From Asterionella formosa (lineage: Eukaryota), in assembly GCA_002256025.1 (NCBI GenBank), contig NKIB01009348.1, positions 1 through 64,000 on the forward strand: 64,000 nucleotides of DNA. Direction: 5' to 3'. Of this stretch, positions 50,814 through 61,597 are shown in pieces. Position 1 is the first letter of the stretch, and each line of letters starts with the position of its first letter. Below the pieces are notes generated by a model. It searched no databases. It was not told the origin of the DNA and saw only the letters and a list, made by a program, of their open reading frames with translations. The translations under genes and the position numbers were made by a program.

Positions 50814-51302
50814 GGTGAGATTCTTTGCAACGACGTGAACTACAGCACCAGTGGTATGTACTTATGTGCTGCTTGGACGCTGAGCGAAGAACATACCGGT
50901 ATTGCAAAAGCAAGTTCTTCAGTGTGCGTGTTTTGAGTAGAATGTGTACCTGGTATGGTACCAGTACCAGGATCTACGACTACTATGTACGATGACGCGG
51001 ATCCCAAGAATTATGTTGGGTGCCAGCAAAGAAGAAGGTGTAGATTCTACATACTTTTATCTTCCATACCGGAATGTACCCGGTATATTAGACTGGCACA
51101 TACTAACTATTTATGTTGCATACAGTACGGTGGGTATATGATTTTCTATTTATGTGGTAAAGTGTTACACTATTGATCATTGCCAAAAAGCCGCCACGAC
51201 TCAAGGAAGGAGGAAGGATACCGGAACCAGGTGCATACCTGCAAGTTGCGGTAATTGTGCTGGAGCTAAACCTTTAGCTATTTTTATCCCATATTAAATT
51301 GT

Positions 51303-52150
51303 TCATTTAAGCAAAATGATTGCAAGTTGCTGGTACCAGTTACCGATACATGCCTTCTTACGCATGAGTTCCAGTTGTGGTAAAGTGAATTCAGAGGAGG
51401 AGACATTTCCATAACCAACTACCAGCTGGCGCTGGCGGATCCAATCCCTAAATGCATATAGCCATGATCTTTTACCTGCTGATAACTTTGTAGCTGGTGT
51501 AAAGCATGACAAAACGGTGTTATCATCCAATGGTCCTACTAGGATTGTAGCTGTATCAATGTATTCTCCAATCAGGTGGTTTACCTGCTGTTGTGTCAGC
51601 TGTAGTATGCCAGTAAGTGTAGCTTGAAAAGCTTCATGTTCAGGAGGAAAATATCCATCCTGTTCCAGTTCTTCAATCGCCATCATGATGGTGAAGTCTG
51701 GTATAGGCTGAGCGTCTTTTTGGTATTGTTTCCTTCAACGAAGGTGCCAGGCATAAGTGTTGGTAATGATACCAATCTGTGCGTTCAAGCCTTGATGGAG
51801 TACTATATGACTCTCACGTGACAAATAAGGTGTCTGATGTCGTTGTTTCAAGAGCACCAGTCAGGTGAATGGAAAACAGATGATGCGATTAAACAAAGTG
51901 TAGAAGGCCACATCGAATCAAACAAACAAGCGTGTGGGTCTGATAAACGATTTTATTCTTGATGATCAACATTCGATGTTACAATGGAACAGTCGAAAGG
52001 ACGAAATGGGAAACAAACGGTGAATAAACAAAAGTGTGCATAAAAGGAAAAATTATGAAGTAAATTAATGGCAACCCTGTTTATTAGTATTCGTTAGTTT
52101 CCGTTGGGTCATATATATTTATATATATATGAAAGAATACATATTTTAGG
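51303..52150 (-). mobile_element. Probable truncated LTR retrotransposon (LTR/PBS plus gag N-terminus)
   Basis: ORF 51303-51686 resembles a gag N-terminus. Minus-strand CA-gat-TGGTATCA at 51774-51767 matches the start of a tRNA-iMet primer-binding site. TA-rich tract near 52110-52130. Outer boundary uncertain. Confidence 0.4.
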
Positions 52151-52345
52151 TGCATAGCCATGACACTGCTCATAATGGCTTGTGATATCCCTAATCAAGA
52201 ATAAAACAGTATAATGGTAGAATTGCAAATAAGGAGTAGGGTAACCAATTACCGAAGAGTGATCAATCCTTTATTGTAGAACAAAAGGAAGTAACAGCTG
52301 TTTTACCATGGAATGCTGAATTCATTGTTGCCTCTCTCCAACAGG

Positions 52346-53266
52346 CTAATGTTTGTATGAGGTCAAAGTCTCCGCCAACTTGGTATGACGCTTCCATAGC
52401 AAGTTGACATTCGCTCCTCCCATGGTCAATTCACTGTCTCGCTCCACAACGACGGACACATTTGGCAAGGAGCCGCTAAAGAATTGCTCCATCGCCATTA
52501 ATTCTGGGGGTCCCATCATCATAGTACTCATGACACCACACACCTGAACTATATGACCCGAGTGATTGGTCTCCAAAATGACCGCTCTCGCACTCAACCT
52601 GTTTGCCACATGAATTGAAAATTCCATTGTGTTGTCATCATCGTCTTTCATGACTGTCAAAATGATATCATGATTGGCAGGAACGACAATGGGGGCCTCA
52701 TTGCTTGCTTCAAATAGTTTCCAATCTCCTTCCACACCCTTCGCTTCCATGGATGTTTTCTCCAGGGACGGTAGAGTTTCTGGTATCGCCACTATAACCG
52801 TCCCTGTACCGTCTATGTGCAAGCAGGGTTGGTACACATCCACCACCGCCTCGAGGCGAAATCCTATTCCTAAACAAACTCCATTTCTATAAAAGGCGAC
52901 TTCCAGTGATTCGCCTTCCCTCTTGGTGCGGACCCCCACAAGATCTCCCTGACGAATATGCGGTCCCCAGCTAGTCTTGAGTGCGCAGCTGGCATTCGTG
53001 AGGTTTCCATTGTAAAACATGCCCCTACAGGCATAGCCTGGCCGAAATTCAAGAGGAAGCACGACACCAATACTGAAATGCCCATCAAGCTGGACCAGTT
53101 TGACTTCAAAGTAGTATTCTGGGACATTAACGTTGTAGCGTACGTTGAAAGGCTTGCCTTTGTGGTCAGAGTGCAGGGTCAGGGTGTTGCCTTCTTTGGT
53201 CAAAGACGACCCTTCGGATCCATCGCTGATCCACTCGGCTTCAATGTTATGTAGAGGATTGCTCAT
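52346..53266 (-). CDS. SPRY domain plus C-terminal META/HslJ-like domain protein
   Basis: SPRY: YYFEVKL...FSIGVV...WGPHIRQGDLVGV...VAFYRNGVCLGIGF...YQPCL. META-like: EGDWKL...ANRL...MSTMMMGPPELMAMEQFFSGSL. Confidence 0.75.
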   Translation of the reverse strand: MSNPLHNIEAEWISDGSEGSSLTKEGNTLTLHSDHKGKPFNVRYNVNVPEYYFEVKLVQLDGHFSIGVVLPLEFRPGYACRGMFYNGNLTNASCALKTSWGPHIRQGDLVGVRTKREGESLEVAFYRNGVCLGIGFRLEAVVDVYQPCLHIDGTGTVIVAIPETLPSLEKTSMEAKGVEGDWKLFEASNEAPIVVPANHDIILTVMKDDDDNTMEFSIHVANRLSARAVILETNHSGHIVQVCGVMSTMMMGPPELMAMEQFFSGSLPNVSVVVERDSELTMGGANVNLLWKRHTKLAETLTSYKH

Positions 53267-54334
53267 GATGGAACCTAGTTCGTTGTTATGTTTAATGTTG
53301 TGGACTTCTTCACTGAAGGGTTCATAAGAGGTCTGAAAGATTAGCAAAAGTCCTTTGCGATAAGATGTCTTCGAACTGGAAGCTGCAGCTTACATCAAGC
53401 AGGTTCTTATTATTCGAGCGAACAAAGATAGAGGAATTTCAGCAAGTACCGGTAATTCAGCTGTGACGCACTCTTGGATGTTGTTTGTGATGTTGGTGTT
53501 CCCATTTTTCATTTTGTATTCTTGTATTCGCTCAGCATCGCCGGTATGCGAATGCCTCAACTCGTCTTGCGGTGCATTGTGGTCTGTATGGTATTCATGC
53601 GACAGGTACGACTACACCTGATACAGTTGATTCCAGGAACAACAATGCACATGTGTAGCGCCGGTACCTGGTATAGGTAGTCTAGGTAGACTACCTGTGA
53701 GGACGCTTGTTTGCCTTTTGAATACCTGGTACCTGGTACCTGCCTGCTCCTTGTTGGTGCTTGTTTTTTCCGCCCTCCTGGGAGAGGGTCCGCCAAAAGG
53801 TGACATCAGCACAACACCTGGGTACCCTGGTCTACTACCTGGTACCAGGTACCAGTACCGGTAATCACTTCTTCTCCCATACATTCTGCACATAAAGACC
53901 GACACGCCAGCCTTCTGCTCCGATCATGCCTCCACGCACCAACCAGTCAAATCAGCATGTAAAGTTTCCCGGTGAATACCTTGGACTCCGGGGTAGTATA
54001 TTCCACTTTTACAAGTCGATCTTTATATTGTCATATGTAGAACAAGGCAGATGCCATGGTGATGGTCCTTCGACATACCTGGTACTGGTACGAGGTACCT
54101 GGTACCAGGTACTGTATATTCTTATATGATATGTAGATATGTAGTACCAGGTACCTACCTGGTAAAATGGTACCAGGTACCGTAAACCATTTCCTCATAC
54201 ATAAGGCACATTATGCCGCACTTCCTTTTCGGCTGATTGAAGAAATCGCAGACCGTAACCGGTATTTCCATTTGCTTTATACCGTTACTTGTCCTCGTTT
54301 CTCTCTTGCGTATCATACTATTCTATCCTTGGCC

Positions 54335-54826
54335 ATGTTGCCAATCCGCCTACTGTGCCTGCTTCTAATATTGCAACCTGCCGTTGCGTTTGTGTCCAGT
54401 CTTAAACGACCCTTTGGCCTCCGACCATCCGCCGTGGCGTCCACAGAAGTCGCAGAGCCGTCCATCGACTACGATGCCCCCGAGGACGCCGTCATTCACA
54501 TCAAACCTGCTGCCATGCAGCGACTTCGAGAACTCCGAGAGAAAGATCCCAATCAATCCCTGATTCTAAGAATGGGAGTGCGTAATGGAGGATGCTCGGG
54601 ATTGAGCTATATTATGGACTTTTCAACAGAAGACGCAATTCAGGACGACGATGCGATTGACGAATACACGTCGGAAAATATCAAGTGCGTGGTAGACGCA
54701 AAATCAATGCTGTATTTGTACGGGCTTGAGTTGGATTATTCGGATCAGCTGATTGGAGGAGGCTTCAAGTTTTTCAATCCCAACGCCGAAGATTCCTGCG
54801 GATGTGGATCGTCCTTTGGGGTCTGA
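54335..54826 (+). CDS. sufA: A-type Fe-S carrier protein (SufA/IscA, HesB family), plastid-targeted
   Basis: LRMGVRNGGCSGLSY and GFKFFNPNAEDSCGCGSSF. Bipartite leader MLPIRLLCLLLILQPAVA|FVSSLKRP. Confidence 0.95.
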   Translation: MLPIRLLCLLLILQPAVAFVSSLKRPFGLRPSAVASTEVAEPSIDYDAPEDAVIHIKPAAMQRLRELREKDPNQSLILRMGVRNGGCSGLSYIMDFSTEDAIQDDDAIDEYTSENIKCVVDAKSMLYLYGLELDYSDQLIGGGFKFFNPNAEDSCGCGSSFGV

Positions 54827-55017
54827 AGGCTTCCTGCAAGAGTCACAAACTTCACATCAAGTCGAGTCTACCGGGTTGTCTAGTTTATTTTTCTGGAAAA
54901 ATCCTTGTTCCGATGCTAGTTTAGCGTAAACACGTCGATACATGCTTACTTTCACACAATCTGTGCGTTGGTGTACACGTTGGTACTAGAATACGATGAA
55001 TACAATCCATTTGTTTA

Positions 55018-56303
55018 CTAGAGCTCAATTGCACCCAATTTGTCTGCCAAGAGAACTGCCAACAAAACCACAAGAATGCCACTCAGCAGCATATATGTAT
55101 CGTCAGCTTTATCCTTCTTCGCCACTGCTCCAACATCACCACTGATCATGGAATCCTTCTTTTTTGCAGCTCGAGACGCTGCCGCTCCTTCTTTGCTCCA
55201 CGGCTTCAACTTATTGCAAAATTCATCCACATTCTGATAACACTTATCTTCCATCAACTCCCTCAGCTCCGCACAAATACGGTCAAAGCACTGAGGACCT
55301 TCTTTCCAATGACATGTCCCCACTTGAACAGCTTTGGCTCCACAGAGAATCAGTTCAAAGGCATCTGTTCCCGACTCAACCCCACCTGCACCGACCACAT
55401 CGATGGATTCATCCAACAAACTTCGCATCTGCCGTACATTTGCAAGTGCCGTGTACTTGACGGCACGCCCACTCAAGCCTGCCAAACCTCCCTTGCTGGC
55501 AATCACAGGAGCTTCGGACACGGGGTCAATGGCCAGGGCGTTACCGATTGTATTGATGCAACACACATACTTCACAACAGATTTGTAGGCGTTAAGTATT
55601 TTGGCCGCTTGCTCAAAGTGAGGACCATCAAAATAAGGAGGCAGTTTGATCCCTAGTGGGATCTTGGTAATACCTGGGAGCCTGGAGACTTTGTCAAGCA
55701 CAAGCTTCATTTGGTCAAAGTCGTACGCGATAATTGGTTTGCCAATCACATTAGGACAGGCCAAGTTGAGCTCAACAGCAGCAATCCTGCCGGGATTGGC
55801 CAAAATACGTTTCAACATTTCGATATTCTGATCCAAGCTCTTTCCAGAGATTGACACCATATAGGGCTTGTTGGAGTCCCCCATAGCTTCTTCAATTGTC
55901 GTTGGATCGAGGTAGTAATCAATGCCCGCATTCGGTAGACCTTCCGAGTTCAGTGATGCTCCGTTTGTTTCAGTGTCATGCCACGTTCTTTAGGAAGTAA
56001 GAGGGACGGTGGCGTCATCACACAGTGAGTATATTCGTTTTTAGCTCATTCCCTTATTTACTTGCCAATAATGTAGAGGCAATAGGGATTGTAAATGCAT
56101 GCAGTCAGCGCACATAATACTCACCTTGGCTGAGGGTTTCCAGTCTGAGCTTCCATGGTAGCACTTTTTGCCAAGACCCCCCCTGCTTCCGAAGCCGTAA
56201 TCTTAGCCAAAGCAGCGGCTGATCCAGTTCGAGGGCCTGAAGCGTTGTAGATGCATGTTTCGAACTCAATGCCAGCTACTGTTGTCTTCAGGGAGGGTGC
56301 CAT
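55018..56303 (-). CDS. Dihydroorotate dehydrogenase class 1A-like with C-terminal hydrophobic tail; exons 56125-56303 and 55018-55987
   Basis: NASG, KSAT...GNPQPR | TW...SLNSEGLPNAGIDYY, ELNLACPNV, KLPPYFD, INTIGN, GGLAGLSG, GAGGVESG, VQVGT. Intron GTGAGT...AAG joins in frame. Confidence 0.92.
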
Positions 56304-56784
56304 AGTGTGATGGGCAATGGGTATTCGGAACGAATAAAACAATTGGAGTAGCCTACAAGAAGCAGTATTGTTGATTGCCTACACTTCTGAAAAACTGCAG
56401 CTATGTGGACATATTATTTAGGGAGATCATCATGGCTGATGAGGATGAGCGACTTGCTTGTTGTTGAATCGAATGACTGATATGATGGTGATATTCATAC
56501 TTGGGGAGGAATTAGCGTTGACGACAAATTGACAACAAAGCAAAGGAGAATGTTCGCGATCGTGATACCGTAATGCGAGAATACCTGGGGAGTGATTCCA
56601 GGTTCCAGTTTACCAGGGTACGACCTCTACGATTCTCCGATGAGGGTACCTGGTACCCTTCCATACGTACGTACTCCTACGATAATATGATTGGCGGCGA
56701 GCAGGATTTTTGCTTGTTACCACGCAATGGCCATTTTTATCAATTCCTTGCTGTGCTTTGTGAAAACCAACAGACCCCTTCATC

Positions 56785-58118
56785 ATGACGCGACCCACCG
56801 TAGCGCTCACTTACGCTCTTTTGACAGCCGTGTCTCTGATAGGAATCAGCCATGCGTTTGTCTTGCCCCCTCGTATCATTTCAAGGCAACTAACTGATTT
56901 AAGTGCACCTACAAAATCAAGCACTTTGTTACAACAGCTCGAGCCGAAAACAGAAAGGCCATTGCTCCCCATTTGGGAACGCCTCGCGACAATGATTTCC
57001 CAAACAGCAGCTGCCAGGGCCTCGGCTCCTTACGCGGAGATTACCAGCGAATCTGACAAGGTCAAGGTTCAACTGATTACCATGTTACGAGTTGGTATTC
57101 CCAGCATTTTTGCTGGATTGGCTGCGACGTTGACGTTTCCAGGTCTGGCACTTGCACTAGCAGCTCTCATGAATGATGCTGGCGTGTTTGCCGTGCTTTC
57201 ACAGGATTCATCTCAATTTGTCCAGAATTTCTTGACTGTCTCTGGTTTGCTCTTTTCCATTTTGGTTGGACAAACCTACTATTTCATGTACCAGCAGCAA
57301 GAATCCATTTACTTGGCTCTCTTCAATGAAGTAACGGAAGCAAAGTCGCTTTTGGAACAAGTTGCATTGGTTTGTCAAGGCCGTGGTATGTACAGGCAAG
57401 TATTGACTAGTATATCCGAGTACGTTGAAAACGATCTCAAAAAACTCCAAGATGATCCTGCGATATTGTTGAGTGCCCGACCAGTGGACGATCCACTGGA
57501 GAGCATCATGTATATGACGTCGGTAGGAATCCCATCCAGTGTTTACGAGACTGTACGCTCGTTACGTCAAGCCCGTGCCGGGCGCTTGGGAGCGCTACAG
57601 CGCAAGATACCTCAGGTACACATGCTGTTATTATGGATATTGGCGCTCATTGAGCTGATTAGTTTTCCTCTGTTGGGAGCTGGGACCCAGTCGATTGGTG
57701 GGTACAATATTTTGACCGTCGAAGGTATTTTGTTTGGTGTCATGACCTTTGGTATTGTAATGACGTTGAGAGTGAGTGGCAGGACGTGGCATATTGTGTG
57801 ACTGGTAGAGGCAACGAATATTGGACTTACTTCTCGTCATTTTTACAATAGGTTGTTGGAGAGCTTTGGCGTCCCGCTGGAGGAGCCTACAATGTAGATG
57901 GTGTACTCTCTGTCATGGTTAGTGGACTGGAAGACGAGCTAAAGGCTCGCATGACTGGTGGCCAAGTGTATGCTGCCAATCGTAAGTCTCCTTCTCGTCC
58001 TATAACGTCGCCAGACTCACTAGAACCATTCAAAGAACTTCCAATATTGAAACAAGGAGCCGATCTGGGCTTTATGTGGACAGTCATTAAGCGATTAGCC
58101 AAGTGGGTCAGACGATGA
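56785..58118 (+). CDS. DUF4239 (bestrophin-like) multi-pass membrane protein, predicted plastid-targeted; exons 56785-57771 and 57852-58118
   Basis: Leader ...LIGISHA|FVLPP. GLLFSILVGQTY...QQ.SIY.ALFNEVTEA, SLRQARAGR, two further TMs, then ELWRPAGGAYNV after an in-frame 80-nt intron. Confidence 0.75.
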
Positions 58119-58516
58119 ACACGTTGAGAGCGCGTGCTATTTACGTCATTCTTATGTTGGATGTAACTACCAGTCGTCGTGCTTTGTAGTAGGCCGTCGG
58201 TTGGATCCAGTAAAATTACATATATTGCTAGCTAATGTGAAAAATATTATGAAGAGTTCTGCTCCTTTCTGATGTGTCGGGAAAATCTGTGCTTCTGAGT
58301 TTGAAAGTACTTAGCATTACTTATATCCGGTGACTCGCTTGCTTGGTTATCAAATTACTGAAGCACTCTGATGAGTCCCCTACCTTAATGAGGGAAACTC
58401 TTGTTGTTTCTCTCAGCGGAAGGTTTAGCACTATCACCAAAAAATTCGAAAAGCATCAGATAAGCAAAGTGAGAATCCGTGAGTGCACGTATCTCATTTC
58501 CAGGCAGCCAGATGCG

Positions 58517-61132
58517 TCAAGCGAATTCATTCTCTCCTTCGCTGCTAGCAGGGTCGTCCCAAAGACCTATGTCCAACGAAGCTGTAGAAGCAGATTTCCT
58601 ACTTGCTCGTTCCTTTCTGATCCCCAGGGACGAAATTGGTTCATCGTGGGTTGATTCATCTGACGATAGCTCAATCACGAGATCTACCCTTTTTTGTTTC
58701 GCCGTCTTCCCAGTCACTGATGATTTAAGCTTTTTGGTGCCTGCGATCGACTTCCTAGCTAATTTACTAGATTTTGATGGAGTCAAAGTTGCCAATTTCC
58801 GTTTCGCTCTTGGTTTGGTGTCAATCCAACCACCATCTGCAGAAGCAATCGACATGCGTGCCTTGGTCCCTGCTGTGGCACTGGACGCCTTGGTGGGCCT
58901 TTTTGGAAATCGAATATTGACTTTTGGATGAGGAGATGCAATTAGGCGGTGTCCATGCTGTCCAAGAACCACGTACATGACCGTGTTATATGCAGTGTAA
59001 GCAATCTTCGGTGCCAAAATTTCTTCCAGTAATAGTGATACAATGATGCGCTCACACTCATCGCCCGTCAAGTCGATACTGGGTGGGTTGTTCTTGACGT
59101 AATCGTATGGGGAGTTCTTCACACGCCACTCCTTTACCAACATCGGCAAGGTCACTTGTTCATTTTCGCTCATCTTTTGTTGCAATAATCGCGTCACAGT
59201 TTGAGCATGCATACCAACGTCTCGTTCGTCATTTGTAATTAGAGCATTAGCAGTATCCACTTCTGCAACAGGCTGAATGTCAGGCTCCCCAAGCTTGCTC
59301 AAAATAATAGACTTGCAAATGGCGTCGTTTCCGTTTGCTTGTGCGTAACGCACCATAGGCCAAAAGCCTCCTTCTTTTCCTTCAATCATCCCGACCATGC
59401 GAGGAACATCCTTTGGTGAGTAATATAGCACACAGTCTGCAGACTTTCCATCTCGTCCAGCTCGTCCCGACTCTTGATAGTACGCTTCAATTGTTTTGGA
59501 TAGCGTATGGTGAAGTACAAACCGAACGTCAGGCTTGTTGATCCCTAAACCAAAGGCAATAGTGGCACAGACCACTTGCGTCTTGTTTCGCATCCACGAG
59601 TGATGCACTTGCTCCTTTTTTGCTTTCCCTACATCCGAATGATATGACTCTGCCGCAATACCCCGGGCTTTCAACTTGTTGGCAATGTCGTCGGCATCTT
59701 TTCTCGAAAACGCATAGACAATACCAGCATTCCGTGGATGCTTTTCCTTAATAAAGGTTGCCATTTCGTCGATAATTTTGTCTTTTCCATCAGGCTTCGG
59801 TCGAACAGAATAAGTAAGGTTTGGCCTATGGGCGGTAGACCGAAAGAATTGATAACTCTGTTCAATTTTTAAAATTTGGCAACAATCCAAGCGTACTCGA
59901 TCGCTTGCTGTTGCTGTCACAGCCAAGACAGGGATCGTAGGAAAATGTGCCTTCAATACTCCCAGCTTTGTGTAGTCCGGTCGAAAGTCGTGTCCATACA
60001 TGGTCGCACAATGGCATTCGTCAATCACAAATCTTCCTAGGCGCCCCTGTGAATGTAGCTTTTCCAATTCACCGCGGAGCTTGTTGCTCTGTGATACCTT
60101 TTCTGGGGTGACAAAAACAAGACACACCCCTGCGGCTGGATCTCGTACCAAATTCCATCGCCTTGCGTGCTCTGTCGGACCACCAGCTAGGCCTGAGCTA
60201 AAGGAGAGAGCCGATCCCTTGCAAATTTGGTTCATCTGGTCTTCTTGATCTTGAATTAACGAAAGAAGGGGCGATATTACAAACGTCACTTTCCGATGTG
60301 GTCCTCTGCCTTCCAGAATCGATGGAAGTTGGTATGTCAAGGACTTGCCACCGCCAGTCCTCATAATGACAAATATGTCATCGCCACTTAGAGTTGAATT
60401 GATAATTTCTTTTTGATAACCTCTAAAGGAGGGTATTTTAAATGATTTCTTCAGCAAATTTTGTATTTCCGCGGACCAAGGGAAGTTATCGGATGCCAAG
60501 TGCAATTGATGGGGAGCAAGCGGCAACCCCTCCGATTGTTGCGGTCTGGCAACTTGTGACAAGTGTTGCAGCGTATCTCTAGGAGCATTCGATGCTGACG
60601 CGCGTTTATTGTTAAAGTAGTCACTCACAGCAGGGATCTTTTTGGTTGGTCTGGTAGTAATCTCCAGCTGGCCTCGAGAGGGAGGTCTTGATGGAGGTGG
60701 CGATGGTAAAGGCGATTCCATCGGAGGTTGTTGCTCGTGATCATCGTAAAACGCGGCAACCTGATCGGCTTCTTCATCGTTTGGTTCGGTCAAGTGCTCG
60801 TCTGGGTTCATAGTCATAATGGCGGGTTGCAGATGCTCTGACAAACATTCAAAGCCTTGCGTTCGGTGAAGTATCACTTCATCATCTTCATAGGATACAT
60901 CATGCGCGTTGCCTTGAATATCCCGTTCGCATTCATCAATCTGTGCATCTAGCTCGTGGAGTTCAGTATTCGTCGCTTCCATGAGTTTTCGAATCGTTTG
61001 CTGTTGTTCAAATAGAGCTTCCACCTTGTTCCGCAACGAGTCTCGCTTCGCTGTCAGTGCAGATAGTAAAAGTGTTTTGGCTTCGATGGAGTTGGCATTG
61101 TTTTTCTCAATTCGACGAGATGATGTCGACAT
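58517..61132 (-). CDS. RecQ family DNA helicase (RECQL1-like)
   Basis: SFRGYQKEII, MRTGGGKSL, SPLLSLIQDQ, DECHC..YGHDFRPDY, TATA, ATIAFGLGINKPDVRFV, YYQESGRAGRDG. Confidence 0.97.
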   Translation of the reverse strand: MSTSSRRIEKNNANSIEAKTLLLSALTAKRDSLRNKVEALFEQQQTIRKLMEATNTELHELDAQIDECERDIQGNAHDVSYEDDEVILHRTQGFECLSEHLQPAIMTMNPDEHLTEPNDEEADQVAAFYDDHEQQPPMESPLPSPPPSRPPSRGQLEITTRPTKKIPAVSDYFNNKRASASNAPRDTLQHLSQVARPQQSEGLPLAPHQLHLASDNFPWSAEIQNLLKKSFKIPSFRGYQKEIINSTLSGDDIFVIMRTGGGKSLTYQLPSILEGRGPHRKVTFVISPLLSLIQDQEDQMNQICKGSALSFSSGLAGGPTEHARRWNLVRDPAAGVCLVFVTPEKVSQSNKLRGELEKLHSQGRLGRFVIDECHCATMYGHDFRPDYTKLGVLKAHFPTIPVLAVTATASDRVRLDCCQILKIEQSYQFFRSTAHRPNLTYSVRPKPDGKDKIIDEMATFIKEKHPRNAGIVYAFSRKDADDIANKLKARGIAAESYHSDVGKAKKEQVHHSWMRNKTQVVCATIAFGLGINKPDVRFVLHHTLSKTIEAYYQESGRAGRDGKSADCVLYYSPKDVPRMVGMIEGKEGGFWPMVRYAQANGNDAICKSIILSKLGEPDIQPVAEVDTANALITNDERDVGMHAQTVTRLLQQKMSENEQVTLPMLVKEWRVKNSPYDYVKNNPPSIDLTGDECERIIVSLLLEEILAPKIAYTAYNTVMYVVLGQHGHRLIASPHPKVNIRFPKRPTKASSATAGTKARMSIASADGGWIDTKPRAKRKLATLTPSKSSKLARKSIAGTKKLKSSVTGKTAKQKRVDLVIELSSDESTHDEPISSLGIRKERASRKSASTASLDIGLWDDPASSEGENEFA

Positions 61133-61597
61133 GATCTAATATTCAATTACTATCGGCATGAAATGGAAGAAAATGTGAACAATTGCTTTTGGGACGGGTT
61201 ATTATTGGCTCATCATCATCCACCTCTGCCTCCGCCCTTGTTTTGAAATGCAATACCGATACGGTAGTTACCGGGAGTTTTTATTGACCACTTGATCTGT
61301 CCTCATATCATCCAGCAGTATGATGCGAAATGTGTACAATACCGGTACCTGGTACATGGTGCTCCCTACCTGGCACTCAAATGACATCACGTCATGGTTA
61401 CCTGGTACCTGGAGCATTGAGTTTTGGCGCGCCACCACTTTCCAGCAATAGCAATGTTGATGAGTGCAGTGCAGTTGTCGATTATTGGCTGCAGCATGTC
61501 AATACCTCTGTGGTGCCATCCCCGGTACTGGTACCTGGTACCTCACTGGGCTCAACAGACTAATAGTGACGATATGTTCACTATTAGCTGATCCGTT

